A DNA stretch of 64,000 nt, from positions 24,448 through 88,447 of the forward strand of contig DATDNP010000201.1 in NCBI GenBank assembly GCA_036518215.1, given 5' to 3'. Below the pieces are notes generated by a model. The model made no database searches. It saw only the letters and a program-made list of their open reading frames with translations, and was not told the DNA's origin. Made by a program: the position numbers and the translations under genes. Numbering within the stretch: the first letter of the stretch is position 1; each line of letters starts with the position of its first letter. The stretch comes from Candidatus Limnocylindria bacterium. Its GTDB lineage: Bacteria > Chloroflexota > Limnocylindria > P2-11E. Below, one piece after another: positions 26,577 through 35,721 of this stretch.

Positions 26577-27428
26577 GTGAAGTTCCGGATCGAGGTGGCG
26601 ACCGATATCGCCGCGTGCGCGGCGACGATCCCCATCCAACAGGAGACGTGGAGCGGCGACCTGGCCGTCCCGGCCAACATGCTGCTCGCGGTCGCGCACA
26701 ACGGAGGCTTCGTCGCACTGGGCTATGGCGAGGACGATCCCGAGCCGGCCGGGTTCGTGTTCGGCTTCCTCGGCATACGCGACTACCACTTCCGCCACCA
26801 CTCGCACATGCTCGCGGTCCGCGACAAGTACCGCGGCACGACGCTCGCGCGGGAGCTGAAGGAGGCGCAGCGGGACCACTGCCTCGATCAGGGCATCGAG
26901 ATCATCGCGTGGACGATGGACCCGCTCGAGGCGCGCAACGCCACGTTCAACTTCGCGAAGCTCGGCGCCTACACGCGCGAGTACCACCGGGACTTCTACG
27001 GGGAGATGCCCGACAAGCTCAACGCGGGTCTGCCGTCGGATCGCATCTACGTCGAGTGGCCGATCGGTCACGACCGCACGTACAAGCGTCTCCGCGGCGA
27101 GGATCGACCGCCGACGCTCGACGACGCCGAGGGCGAAGGGATCCGCTACGTGCTCCGCGCCGATGGGGAGCGGCCCGCTGCGGTCGCCGCACCGAATGGC
27201 GAGTCGCATCTGCTGCTCGAGATCCCTCGGCAGTTCCAGGAGATGAAGCGACGCGACGGCGCGCTCGCGCTCCGCTGGCGTCTCGCGGCCCGCGAGGCGT
27301 TCGAGTCGGCGATGGCGCAGGGCTACGCGGCGGTCGAGTTCCTCCGTTCCGCGGACGGGCGCGCCGCGTATCTCCTCGTGCCGCAGCCGCGGCGCGAGGC
27401 GCCGATCGACACGGATGAGGACGCCTGA
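26577..27428 (+). CDS. GNAT-fold acyltransferase; candidate amino-acid N-succinyl/acyl-transferase
   Basis: Motif-A-like HMLAVRDKYRGTTLAREL. The gene is translationally coupled (TGATG) to the downstream enolase-superfamily gene. Confidence 0.45.
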   Translation: MKFRIEVATDIAACAATIPIQQETWSGDLAVPANMLLAVAHNGGFVALGYGEDDPEPAGFVFGFLGIRDYHFRHHSHMLAVRDKYRGTTLARELKEAQRDHCLDQGIEIIAWTMDPLEARNATFNFAKLGAYTREYHRDFYGEMPDKLNAGLPSDRIYVEWPIGHDRTYKRLRGEDRPPTLDDAEGEGIRYVLRADGERPAAVAAPNGESHLLLEIPRQFQEMKRRDGALALRWRLAAREAFESAMAQGYAAVEFLRSADGRAAYLLVPQPRREAPIDTDEDA

Positions 27429-28540
27429 TGCGGATCGAGCGGATCGAGCTCTTCCTCCTGCGTCTTCCCCTGAAGCGCCCATACGAGACGAGCGGTTCGG
27501 TCGAGACGCATCAGACGCGTGTGATCGCGCGCATCGAGTCGGAGGGCGTCGTCGGATGGGGCGAGAGCGTCGCTCCCGAACGTCCGTGGTACTCCGGCGA
27601 GACGCCTGAGACGATCTGGTGGCTGCTCGACGAGATCGCGATCCCGCAGCTGCTGAAGAGCGATCTCCCCGATCCGTACGCGACGAACGCGACGCTCGAC
27701 TGGATCCGCGACCACCGGATGGCGAAGGCGACGCTCGAGATGGGGATCTGGGATCTCTTCGCGAAGCGCGCGAACGCGCCGCTCTCCGCGCTCCTCGGCG
27801 GCACGCGCGATCGCATCCTCTGCGGCGTCGCGATCGGGATCCAGCCCACCGTCGAGCAGCTGCTGGAGCGGATCCGGACCGAGCTCGACGCGACCGCTTA
27901 TCAGCGCGTGAAGGTGAAGATCAAGCCCGGCTGGGATGGGCACATCGCCGAGATGATCCGCAACACCTTCCCCGATCTCCCGTTCCAGCTCGACGCGAAC
28001 TCCGCGTACACGCTCGCGGACATCCCGCTCTTCAAGCGCATCGACGCGTACACGCCGCTCCTCGTCGAGCAGCCGCTCGCCGAGGACGACATCATCGACC
28101 ACGCGACGCTGCAGAAGGCGATCATGACGCCGGTCTGCCTCGACGAGTCGATCCACACCGCCGAGGACGCGCGCAAGGCGATCCAAATCGGAGCGACCCG
28201 CGTCATCAACATCAAGGCGGGCCGCGTCGGCGGACTCGCGGAGGCGAAGCGGATCCACGATGTGTGCGAGGAACATGAGGTCCCAGTCTGGTGCGGCGGC
28301 ATGCTGGAGATGGGCATCGGGCGCGCCGCGAACGTGCACCTCGCGTCGCTCCCGAACTTCCGCCTGCCGGGCGACGTCAGCGCATCGTCGCGCTACTTCG
28401 ACACGGAGATCATCGGCGAACCGTTCACCGTGGAGAAGGACGGGACGATGAAGGTGCCGAGGGGTCCGGGGATCGGCGTGACGGTCCTCGAAGACGTCAT
28501 CCGAAAGCTCGCGCTCAAGACGAAGGAGTACCGGCCCTAG
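27428..28540 (+). CDS. Enolase-superfamily enzyme, o-succinylbenzoate synthase / N-succinylamino-acid racemase subgroup
   Basis: MRIERIELFLLRLPLKRPYETS is an OSBS/NSAR-type N-terminus. A KxK motif (KVKIKPG) and metal ligands (D..LD..., LVEQP) are present. 370 aa. Confidence 0.8.
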   Translation: MRIERIELFLLRLPLKRPYETSGSVETHQTRVIARIESEGVVGWGESVAPERPWYSGETPETIWWLLDEIAIPQLLKSDLPDPYATNATLDWIRDHRMAKATLEMGIWDLFAKRANAPLSALLGGTRDRILCGVAIGIQPTVEQLLERIRTELDATAYQRVKVKIKPGWDGHIAEMIRNTFPDLPFQLDANSAYTLADIPLFKRIDAYTPLLVEQPLAEDDIIDHATLQKAIMTPVCLDESIHTAEDARKAIQIGATRVINIKAGRVGGLAEAKRIHDVCEEHEVPVWCGGMLEMGIGRAANVHLASLPNFRLPGDVSASSRYFDTEIIGEPFTVEKDGTMKVPRGPGIGVTVLEDVIRKLALKTKEYRP

Positions 28541-28559
28541 CCGAGCGTCTGCGCGACGG

Positions 28560-29057
28560 TCAGCGCCTCGCGGATTCCTTCGGCTCCTCCGCGGGCGCCG
28601 GCCACACGACGACCTCGTCGATCACCGTGCCGAACGCGTCGACGAGGCGTGCGTAATCACCGCGCGCCCAGATGAGCCGCGCCGCCGCGATCGGCCCCGC
28701 CATGTACACATGCTTGCGTCCCTGAGCGAGGTCGTCGGGCAGCGGGTGCGACGCCGCACGGATCCGCGAGCCCGAGTGGATGCGGTAGATCTCGCCGCTG
28801 CGGACGAAGGACGGCGAGCCCCACGTGTAGACCCACTCCCACTCGACCGGCTTCGCCATCTCGGCGCGCCAGAGCGCCCGCAGATGCTGGATGCGCCAGT
28901 TCGCCATGTCGGAGTCGAGCTGCACGCGGACCTCGATCCACTCGGCGTTCGCGTCCTCGAGCGTCGTGCCCGGCGGCGCCGGGCGGAGCATGAGGATCCG
29001 CGCCTTCGTCGCCTCGACAGGACGGAAATCGGCCACGAGGCGAGAATAGCGGGCCAT
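28560..29057 (-). CDS. Hypothetical protein
   Basis: ORF of 165 aa, rich in W/R, with no recognisable family. Its annotated start overlaps the aqpZ start (CATG), so the true start is probably the internal Met (MLRPAPP). Confidence 0.35.
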   Translation of the reverse strand: MARYSRLVADFRPVEATKARILMLRPAPPGTTLEDANAEWIEVRVQLDSDMANWRIQHLRALWRAEMAKPVEWEWVYTWGSPSFVRSGEIYRIHSGSRIRAASHPLPDDLAQGRKHVYMAGPIAAARLIWARGDYARLVDAFGTVIDEVVVWPAPAEEPKESARR

Positions 29058-29757
29058 GAACGATCACACACGCGCACTGCTCGCGGAAGCCTGCGGCACG
29101 TTCTGGTTCTTCTTCATCGGCGCGGGCGCCATCCTCACCGACAACGTGATCGGCGGGTCCGGTCTCGTGCCGATCGCGCTCGCGCACGGCATCACGCTCG
29201 CCATCGCCATCTCCGCCTTCGGCGCTCTGTCCGGCGGCCACTTCAATCCCGCCGTCACGTTCGGGCTCGCGGTCGCCGGGAAGCATCCGTGGCCGCGCGT
29301 CGTCACGTACTGGATCGCGCAGCTCGCCGGCGGCCTCGTCGCGGGCTTCGCGCTCCGCTACGTGTTCGACTCGATGATCGCGTCGATCGACAAGACGCAC
29401 CTCGGCACGCCCGCCCTCGCGTCGACGGTGACACCGACCGTGGGCATCGCCATCGAGGCGATCCTCACGCTGTTCCTCGTGTGGGCGGTGTACGGGACCG
29501 CGGTGTCCCCGCTCGCGCCGCGCATCGCCGGCTTCGGCATCGGTCTCACGGTCATGACCGACATCCTGCTCGGCGGTCCGCTCACCGGCGCGGCGATGAA
29601 CCCCGCTCGCTGGCTCGCGACGGCGGTGCCGGCCTCCTTCTACGACAACGCGGCCGTGTACTGGATCGGCCCGCTGCTCGGCGCCGCGATCGCGGGGCTC
29701 ACCGTCCGCTTCGTCTTCGCGCCGCCACCGGATCTCGAAGCGTCGAAGGCGTCGTAG
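29056..29757 (+). CDS. aqpZ: Aquaporin (MIP family)
   Basis: Two NPA motifs (SGGHFNPAVT and GAAMNPAR). Six TM helices. 233 aa. Confidence 0.9.
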   Translation: MNDHTRALLAEACGTFWFFFIGAGAILTDNVIGGSGLVPIALAHGITLAIAISAFGALSGGHFNPAVTFGLAVAGKHPWPRVVTYWIAQLAGGLVAGFALRYVFDSMIASIDKTHLGTPALASTVTPTVGIAIEAILTLFLVWAVYGTAVSPLAPRIAGFGIGLTVMTDILLGGPLTGAAMNPARWLATAVPASFYDNAAVYWIGPLLGAAIAGLTVRFVFAPPPDLEASKAS

Positions 29758-29759
29758 CG

Positions 29760-30200
29760 ATGGCGAAGTGGATCACGCGCGAGCACCCGAAGGTCGACCG
29801 CGTCGCGTGCCCGTGGCTCATCGAGCGCTTCGTCGACCACGGCGCTGAATTCGTCTACGTGCCGTCGGGCGACGTCCTGCGCGAGGCCGAGCGCCAGGGC
29901 GCCACGCCGTACGACGTGAGCGGCGTCGAGCTCGGTCACCACGGCGACGAGTGCAGCTTCGACGCGTTCGCTCGGAAGTACGACCTGCTCAACGATCCCG
30001 CGCTCGCGTACATGGCGAAGGTGATCCGCGGCGCGGACACCCAGGCAAAGGACCTCACCCCCGAGTCGCGCGGCGTGGAGGCGCTCCTCGACGGCGTCCG
30101 CGCGCTCCATCACCCGAACGACCAGGAGCAGCGGAGAGCCTCGCGTCCGATCCTCGACGCCCTCTACGCGTACTGCCAGCAGAAGACGAAGACGACGTAG
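29760..30200 (+). CDS. ChrB-domain (chromate-resistance-associated) protein
   Basis: MAKWITREHPKVDRVACPWLIERFVD resembles the conserved start of the ChrB C-terminal/rhodanese-like domain family. Assigned from memory of that motif. Confidence 0.45.
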   Translation: MAKWITREHPKVDRVACPWLIERFVDHGAEFVYVPSGDVLREAERQGATPYDVSGVELGHHGDECSFDAFARKYDLLNDPALAYMAKVIRGADTQAKDLTPESRGVEALLDGVRALHHPNDQEQRRASRPILDALYAYCQQKTKTT

Positions 30201-30204
30201 CGCC

Positions 30205-31320
30205 GTGGCCTCGACGAGCCTGTGGCTTGACGGGACGACGCGGACCTTCGGATCTCTTGACGGCGACACGACCGTCGATGTCGCGGTCGTCGGCGGTGGT
30301 ATCGCCGGGATCGCGACGAGCTACTTCCTCGCGAGCGCGGGAGCGCGCGTCGTCGTACTCGAAGCGCGCGGCGTCGCCGAGGCCGCGAGCGGGCGCAATG
30401 CCGGTTTCCTGCTCGCGGGCGTCGCGGAGAACTTCGTCGCGGCGTCACGACGCTACGGGGAGGACCGCGCGCTCCGGATCTGGATGCTGACGAAGCGGAC
30501 GCAACTACTCGCGCGCGACCTCGTCGCGCGGCACGACATCGACTGCGACCTGCGCTGGAACGGATCGGATCAGATCGCGGGCGACGACGACGAGTGGCGC
30601 GAGGTCGAGGAGAGCGCGCGCCGCCTCGCGGAGCGTGGCGTGCCGGTCACCGTCGATCCGCGCCGTCGTGCCGCGACGTACGCCGACGACGGCGAGGTCC
30701 ACCCGGTGCGGTGGGTGCGAGGGCTCGCGCGCGCCGCCGCGGAGCGCGGCGTCGAGATCCACGAGAGCACGCGGGTCGTGTCGGCGCGGGGCAGCGAGGT
30801 CCGGACCGAGCGCGCGACCGTGCACGCCGGCACGGTCGTCCTCTGCACGAATGCGTACACGTCGCATCTCCATGGGACGCGCGTACGGGCGGTGCGCGGG
30901 CAGATGCTCGCGACGGCACCGACACGGCGCGTCTTCGAGCGACCCGCATACGCGCATCGCGGCTACCGCTACTGGCGCCAGACGCCGGACGGACGCGTGG
31001 TCGTCGGCGGATGGCGCGACACGGCGGCGGACCGCGAGGTCGGCGAGGAAGAGACGCCGACGCCCGACGTGCAGCTGCATCTCGACGCGTTCCTACGCGA
31101 GCACGCCATCGATGTGCCGGTCACGCACCGCTGGGCAGGCACGATGGGCTTCTCGCACGACGCGCTTCCCTATGTCGGACAGGTAGGCCCTCGCCTCTTT
31201 GTGTGCGGCGGCTTCACCGGACACGGCATGGCCTTCGGTCCCGCGAGCGCGGAGATGGTCGCGACGCTCGTCCGGACGGGGAGCCACGCCGACGCCGACC
31301 TTTTCGATCCATCGCGATGA
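30205..31320 (+). CDS. FAD-dependent oxidoreductase (DAO family)
   Basis: Dinucleotide-binding motif (VAVVGGGIAGIATSYFLA). C-terminal motif (GHGMAFGP) typical of DadA/glycine-oxidase-like enzymes. Confidence 0.8.
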   Translation: MASTSLWLDGTTRTFGSLDGDTTVDVAVVGGGIAGIATSYFLASAGARVVVLEARGVAEAASGRNAGFLLAGVAENFVAASRRYGEDRALRIWMLTKRTQLLARDLVARHDIDCDLRWNGSDQIAGDDDEWREVEESARRLAERGVPVTVDPRRRAATYADDGEVHPVRWVRGLARAAAERGVEIHESTRVVSARGSEVRTERATVHAGTVVLCTNAYTSHLHGTRVRAVRGQMLATAPTRRVFERPAYAHRGYRYWRQTPDGRVVVGGWRDTAADREVGEEETPTPDVQLHLDAFLREHAIDVPVTHRWAGTMGFSHDALPYVGQVGPRLFVCGGFTGHGMAFGPASAEMVATLVRTGSHADADLFDPSR

Positions 31321-31420
31321 CATTGCGACCTATCTGCCCGCGTCGTGCGTGATACAGATAGATACAGCACGTTGTGGCGAATGAGGACGCGCCACACAAC
31401 TAGGCGGGAAGGGTTCGGGG

Positions 31421-31990
31421 TTGCACGCATCGGTCATCCCGTCGATCAACGATCTCGGCGGGCTCGTCACCTATCTCTTCCGCAATCCCTACCTGTTCAT
31501 CTCGTCGACCACGGTGATGACGAGCGGGCTCCTGCTCGGTGCCGTCGTCGTGAGCATGCTTCCGCGCCGGCTCGGCATCATGCACGCCGTCGCCCCGACG
31601 CTCGCCGTGATCCTCGCCTACTTCGGGTTCGGGAGCTTCGCGCTCTCCACGGAGATCCTGCTGCGATTCCACAGCAGCATCCCCTACGAGACCGAGGTGC
31701 AGTTCGTGAGCGGCGTCGGGCATCTCCTCGAGGCGCTCGTCGGACTCGCCGTGCTGTTCCCGCACGTGCGCGATCACACGAAGCTCGAGTGGCTGTGGGC
31801 GCACACGGTCGCCCTCACCTACTGGACGTTCCAGGTCGCCGTCCTCACGCCGCCGTGGTTCTCGTTCCAGGGGCAGCGCGAGCTCGTGACCATGAGCGCG
31901 CTCCTCATGCTCGCGATCGCCGGAGGCGTGAACGCCGCGCTGTGGGTCCGTGCGGCGCGGCAGGCGCGGCGCCCTGTGGCGGTGCGGTGA
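31421..31990 (+). CDS. Hypothetical polytopic membrane protein
   Basis: TTG start. About 5 hydrophobic helices. No family recognised. The stop overlaps the tRNA 3' end. Confidence 0.4.
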   Translation: MHASVIPSINDLGGLVTYLFRNPYLFISSTTVMTSGLLLGAVVVSMLPRRLGIMHAVAPTLAVILAYFGFGSFALSTEILLRFHSSIPYETEVQFVSGVGHLLEALVGLAVLFPHVRDHTKLEWLWAHTVALTYWTFQVAVLTPPWFSFQGQRELVTMSALLMLAIAGGVNAALWVRAARQARRPVAVR

Positions 31991-32060
31991 GCCGCCCGGG
32001 ATTCGAACCCGGAACCAAAGGATTAAAAGTCCTCTGCTCTGCCGTTGAGCTAGCGGCCCG
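31988..32060 (-). tRNA. tRNA-Lys (anticodon UUU)
   Basis: The reverse complement folds as a cloverleaf. Acceptor GGGCCGC/GCGGCTC (one G-U pair), D-arm GCTC..GAGC, anticodon stem GAGGA/TCCTT, loop CTTTTAA, T-arm CCGGG-TTCGAAT-CCCGG, discriminator A. CCA is not encoded. Confidence 0.85.
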
Positions 32061-32240
32061 CGCTCACAGATTGTCGTCCTGAGCGGCCCTGTCCGGGAAC
32101 GCCTGACACGACGCCGGGCTCCTGCTCTACAGCCACCCTCCTGTGTCGCTCCTATGACGTTCGACCGGCCACGGCGATGGACGACGTCGATCGAAGGGTG
32201 CGGCATCCTTCGGGCCGATTCGGGGGGAAGGAGGTGTGAG

Positions 32241-32828
32241 ATGTCAAAGGAAGCCATCGCAAAGGTCATCCAGCGCTCGGTCAGTGACGCGGCGTTCCGC
32301 GGGCAGCTCGCGACGGACCCAGCGGGCGCGCTCCGCGGTTACGACCTCACCGATGATGAGAAGGCGGCGCTCCGGTCGCCCGACGCGCGGCGTTTGAGCG
32401 GTTACGGCGTCGACCAGCGCATGAGCAAGGCGTTCGTTCTCGGATTCGGCACCGCGGCAGTCACCGCCGTCACATCGAGCGACCTGCACGGCACGGTGCA
32501 GAGCCCCGACGCGGCCGAACGCAACATGCCGTTCCTCGCGACGGAGAGCACAAGCGGCGTGCAGAGTCCAGACGCGATCGATCGCAACGCGGCGTTCAGC
32601 GCCGACGCGACCAGCGGGACGACCGCGCAGGAGCCCAGGGACATCGCCCCGGTCGACATCGGCGGCACGGATTCGATCGTCCCGTCCGACGCCGGCCACG
32701 GTCTGCGCGGCGATCTGCTCGAAGGCGGCATGATCGACGAGGGCGCGACGATGGGCGTCGAGACGCACGACGCCTCCGGTCTGGTACCGCCGGGCGGCGA
32801 CAGCGCCGACACGAACATCGAGCCCTGA
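32241..32828 (+). CDS. Protein with a Nif11/NHLP-like N-terminal leader domain and a Ser/Thr/Asp/Gly-rich C-terminus (paralog of the gene at 63704)
   Basis: MSKEAIAKVIQRSVSDAAFRGQLATDPAGALRGYDLTDDEKAALRS resembles Nif11 / nitrile-hydratase-leader-peptide RiPP precursor domains. The C-terminal 120 aa are low-complexity with no Cys. Confidence 0.5.
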   Translation: MSKEAIAKVIQRSVSDAAFRGQLATDPAGALRGYDLTDDEKAALRSPDARRLSGYGVDQRMSKAFVLGFGTAAVTAVTSSDLHGTVQSPDAAERNMPFLATESTSGVQSPDAIDRNAAFSADATSGTTAQEPRDIAPVDIGGTDSIVPSDAGHGLRGDLLEGGMIDEGATMGVETHDASGLVPPGGDSADTNIEP

Positions 32829-32942
32829 GCAGCACGCGTCTCGAAGGAGCGGCTTTCAGCGAGCCGCTCCTTCCGCATCCAGGCGACCGAGCGAGCGCTC
32901 AGCGAGACGACGCACGCCTCTCGCCTCTATCGTTCACGACCC

Positions 32943-33752
32943 ATGGACACGACGGTGCAGTCCACCGCGGACGCGAGCCAGGTCAGCGAAGGCATCTACG
33001 TCTACTGCATCATCGAGAGCCCCGAGTCGCGGACGTTCGGGAAGATCGGCATCGGCGGTCGCGGCGACGACGTGTTCACCGTCCATTACAAGGAGCTCGC
33101 CGCGGTCGTGAGCCGGACGCCGCTCATGGTGTACGACCCGACCCGGGAGAACGCGCTCACCCACGAGCACGTGAACGAGATCGTGATGATCGACAACGGC
33201 TTCACGCCCGTGCCGATGAGCTTCGGGACGCTGTTCAAGACCGAGGACGACATCGTCGAGTTCCTGAAGGACACGTACGACGCGCTGCGCGACGTGCTCC
33301 GGAAGATGAAGGACAAGCTCGAGTTCGGTCTCAAGGTGAACTGGGACCGCGACATGGTGCTCGCGGACGTGGAACGCGACTACGAGGAGATCCGGCGGCT
33401 GAAGGCGCAGATCGAGAGCGATCAGCAGAGCTCCACGTACTTCGCTCGCATGCAGCTCGGCCGTCTCGTCGAGCAGGCGCTCGCCGAGAAGTCCGAGACG
33501 TTCGTCCGCGAGATCTACGACGAGCTTCGGGAAGCCGCGATCGCCTCGCGCTCGAACAAGGTCATCGGCGATCGCATGATCATGAACGCCGCGTTCCTCG
33601 TCGAACGCGAGAAGGCCGACTTCTTCGACAAGAAGGTGCAGGAGATCGGCCGGCGCTACGAGGGCAAGCTGAAGTTCACGTACACCGGTCCATGGCCGCC
33701 GTACAACTTCGTCACGATCCGGCTGCAGCTGGAGCGGAGCGCCGGGGTCTAG
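32943..33752 (+). CDS. gvpF: Gas vesicle protein GvpF/GvpL family
   Basis: GIYVYCIIESPE... at the N-terminus and TYTGPWPPYNFV at the C-terminus are hallmarks of the GvpL_GvpF family. Confidence 0.85.
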   Translation: MDTTVQSTADASQVSEGIYVYCIIESPESRTFGKIGIGGRGDDVFTVHYKELAAVVSRTPLMVYDPTRENALTHEHVNEIVMIDNGFTPVPMSFGTLFKTEDDIVEFLKDTYDALRDVLRKMKDKLEFGLKVNWDRDMVLADVERDYEEIRRLKAQIESDQQSSTYFARMQLGRLVEQALAEKSETFVREIYDELREAAIASRSNKVIGDRMIMNAAFLVEREKADFFDKKVQEIGRRYEGKLKFTYTGPWPPYNFVTIRLQLERSAGV

Positions 33753-33754
33753 CC

Positions 33755-34081
33755 GTGCTCCTGCGCCTGCTCACCCTCCCCATCAGCGGTCCCATCGCCG
33801 GCATCCGCTACTGCCTCGAGAAGGTCGTCGAGGTCGCGGACCGCGAGATGTGGGACGAGGAACCCGTGCGCGAGCAGCTCATCCTCGTGAACCAGGCGTA
33901 CGAAGAGGGACGTCTTCCCGAAGAGGACTTCCGCGAGCGCGAGGCCGAGCTCCTCGCACGGCTCCGCGAGATCCGCGAGCACACGAAGGCGCGGGCGCGC
34001 GCCGACGCGGAAGCGCAGGCGGGCGCCGCGGTCGACGAGAAGCGTCGCGTCGTCATCGACGTCCCGGACGAGCTCGAGTGA
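33755..34081 (+). CDS. gvpG: Gas vesicle protein GvpG
   Basis: GTG start (VLLRLLTLPISGPIAGIRYCLEKVVEVADREMWDE...EEGRLPEEDFREREAELLARLREIRE) matches the GvpG pattern. The upstream extension from 33692 was rejected. Confidence 0.75.
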   Translation: MLLRLLTLPISGPIAGIRYCLEKVVEVADREMWDEEPVREQLILVNQAYEEGRLPEEDFREREAELLARLREIREHTKARARADAEAQAGAAVDEKRRVVIDVPDELE

Positions 34082-34106
34082 GCCGCACGCGTCCGGCGGC
34101 GCGCGC

Positions 34107-34883
34107 ATGACGCTGCAGTACGTGTACGGCATCGTCCCCGCCGCCGAGGCGAACGCCGTCGACGGCGCGGCGATCGCCGGCCTCGATGGAGGTCGCGTGC
34201 GAACGATCGTCGAAGGCCCGTTCGCCGCGGCCACGAGCGAGGTGAGCGCGGAGGAGTACGGGAGCGCGTCGCTCAACGATCGCGTCGCGGATCTCGAGTG
34301 GCTCACGCCGCGGGCCGCGACCCATCAGGCCGTGAACATGCGTCTCCTCGACGTCGCCGGCACCGTCCTTCCGCTCGCGTTCGGCGCGCTCTACCACGAC
34401 GATGCGCGCGTCCGCGGGATGCTGCGGGAGGACCTCTCGTCGCGAAGCGCGCGCATGCGCGAGCTCGCGGGGCGCGCCGAATGGGTCGTCACGGTGTCGC
34501 GCGAGGTAAGCGCGGTCGCCGCGGCCGACGAGGACGTCCATGCGCTCGAAGAGGAGATCGCGAAGGCGACACCCGGCAAAGCGTTCCTGCTCGAGCGAAG
34601 GCGCGCGAGCGTCGCGAGCGCGGCCGGCGAGCGCGCCGACGCGGATGCCGCGCGACGCGCGCTCGCGCTCCTCACTCCGGTGAGCGAGCGGACGTATCGC
34701 GAGCCCGTGGCGCGCGGTGGCACGGATGTCGTCGTGCTCCGCGTGTCGCTCCTCGCGGCGCGCGACCGCAGCGACGCGGTGGACGGCGCGATCGCCGCGG
34801 TCCGCGAGGACCTCGCCGGCGCGGGATACCACGTGCGCGCGACGGGTCCCTGGCCGGCATACCGCTTCGGATCGCTGCCGTGA
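34107..34883 (+). CDS. gvpL: Gas vesicle protein GvpL/GvpF family (second copy)
   Basis: TLQYVYGIVPAAEA... at the N-terminus and ATGPWPAYRFGSLP at the C-terminus. Confidence 0.85.
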   Translation: MTLQYVYGIVPAAEANAVDGAAIAGLDGGRVRTIVEGPFAAATSEVSAEEYGSASLNDRVADLEWLTPRAATHQAVNMRLLDVAGTVLPLAFGALYHDDARVRGMLREDLSSRSARMRELAGRAEWVVTVSREVSAVAAADEDVHALEEEIAKATPGKAFLLERRRASVASAAGERADADAARRALALLTPVSERTYREPVARGGTDVVVLRVSLLAARDRSDAVDGAIAAVREDLAGAGYHVRATGPWPAYRFGSLP

Positions 34884-35077
34884 GGGACGACGTCGCGACA
34901 ACCGAGATCCCGCTCGTCGAGATCATCGACCGGCTGCTCGACCGAGGCGTCGTGCTCGCCGGCCGCGCCGTGATCTCCGTCGCAGGCGTCGATCTCATCG
35001 AGCTCCGTCTCAACGTCGTGCTCGCCTCGGTCGACGCGCTCGCGCGGAGCGATCGGCGGATCGCGGAGCCGAGGTGA
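34880..35077 (+). CDS. Small GvpA/GvpJ-family protein (GvpS-like)
   Basis: GTGA overlap with the gvpL stop. 65 aa. LVEIIDRLLDRGVVLAGRAVISVAGVDLIELRLNVVLASVDAL matches the GvpA/J core. Confidence 0.7.
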   Translation: MRDDVATTEIPLVEIIDRLLDRGVVLAGRAVISVAGVDLIELRLNVVLASVDALARSDRRIAEPR

Positions 35078-35721
35078 CGCTCCTCGTCCGCGCGATCGTT
35101 CGGGCGAGCGATCTCGACCGCGTGGCCACCGACGACGACATCGTCGCGATCCGCGCGGCCGACCTCGCCGCGCTGGCTTCGCGCATCGACGGGCCCGTGA
35201 GCGCGACCGAGAGCGCGCTGCGCGGCCACGACTCGCTCACGCGGAGCATCCACGAGCGCGTCGCCTCGCTGCCGGCTCGCTTCGGCCAGCTGTTCGAGAG
35301 CGAGGACGACGTGGTCGCGGCGATCGAAGCGCGCGCCGCGACGCTTCGCGAGGGGATCGCGACCGTCGACGGACGCGTCGAGGTGGCGATCACGTTGCGA
35401 TGGCGCGAGCTCTCGCGGCCCAGCGCGAGCGTCGACGGGTCACCCGGACATGCGTACATGGCGCAGCGCGCGGCGGATCTCGCGCTCGCACGCCGAGCGG
35501 AAGCGATCGCCGCACGCCTCGTCGACGAGATGGCATACGAGCGAGCGCATGCACGTCTCAAGACTTGCCCGCGGCCGGGGGTGGCAGCGATAGTTGCCAT
35601 CTTGGTCGACCGAGACGACGTGAGCGACGTGCGCGAGCGCGTCCGCTCGTTCGGAGCCTGTTCGAGCGAAGTCACCGCCAGCGTGGACGGCGTCTTCGCT
35701 CCGTACTCGTTCGCGTCGTGA
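35074..35721 (+). CDS. Gas vesicle protein GvpF/GvpL family (third, divergent copy)
   Basis: GTGA overlap. LLVRAIVRASDL... at the N-terminus and VDGVFAPYSFAS at the C-terminus parallel the two other GvpF/L copies. Confidence 0.65.
   Translation: MTLLVRAIVRASDLDRVATDDDIVAIRAADLAALASRIDGPVSATESALRGHDSLTRSIHERVASLPARFGQLFESEDDVVAAIEARAATLREGIATVDGRVEVAITLRWRELSRPSASVDGSPGHAYMAQRAADLALARRAEAIAARLVDEMAYERAHARLKTCPRPGVAAIVAILVDRDDVSDVRERVRSFGACSSEVTASVDGVFAPYSFAS

Noticed and set aside
28560-29057. Divergent overlap of the hypothetical minus-strand ORF start with the aqpZ ATG (CATG)
   Set aside because: Two start codons sharing the same 4 nt leave no room for promoters. The aquaporin call is solid, so the minus ORF start is probably mis-placed, or the ORF is spurious, and its confidence was lowered.
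31371-31398. Hairpin TTGTGGCG-n10-CGCCACAA after the FAD-oxidoreductase gene
   Set aside because: It is plausible as a terminator or operator but the stem is short and not clearly U-tailed, so it was left as an observation rather than a feature.
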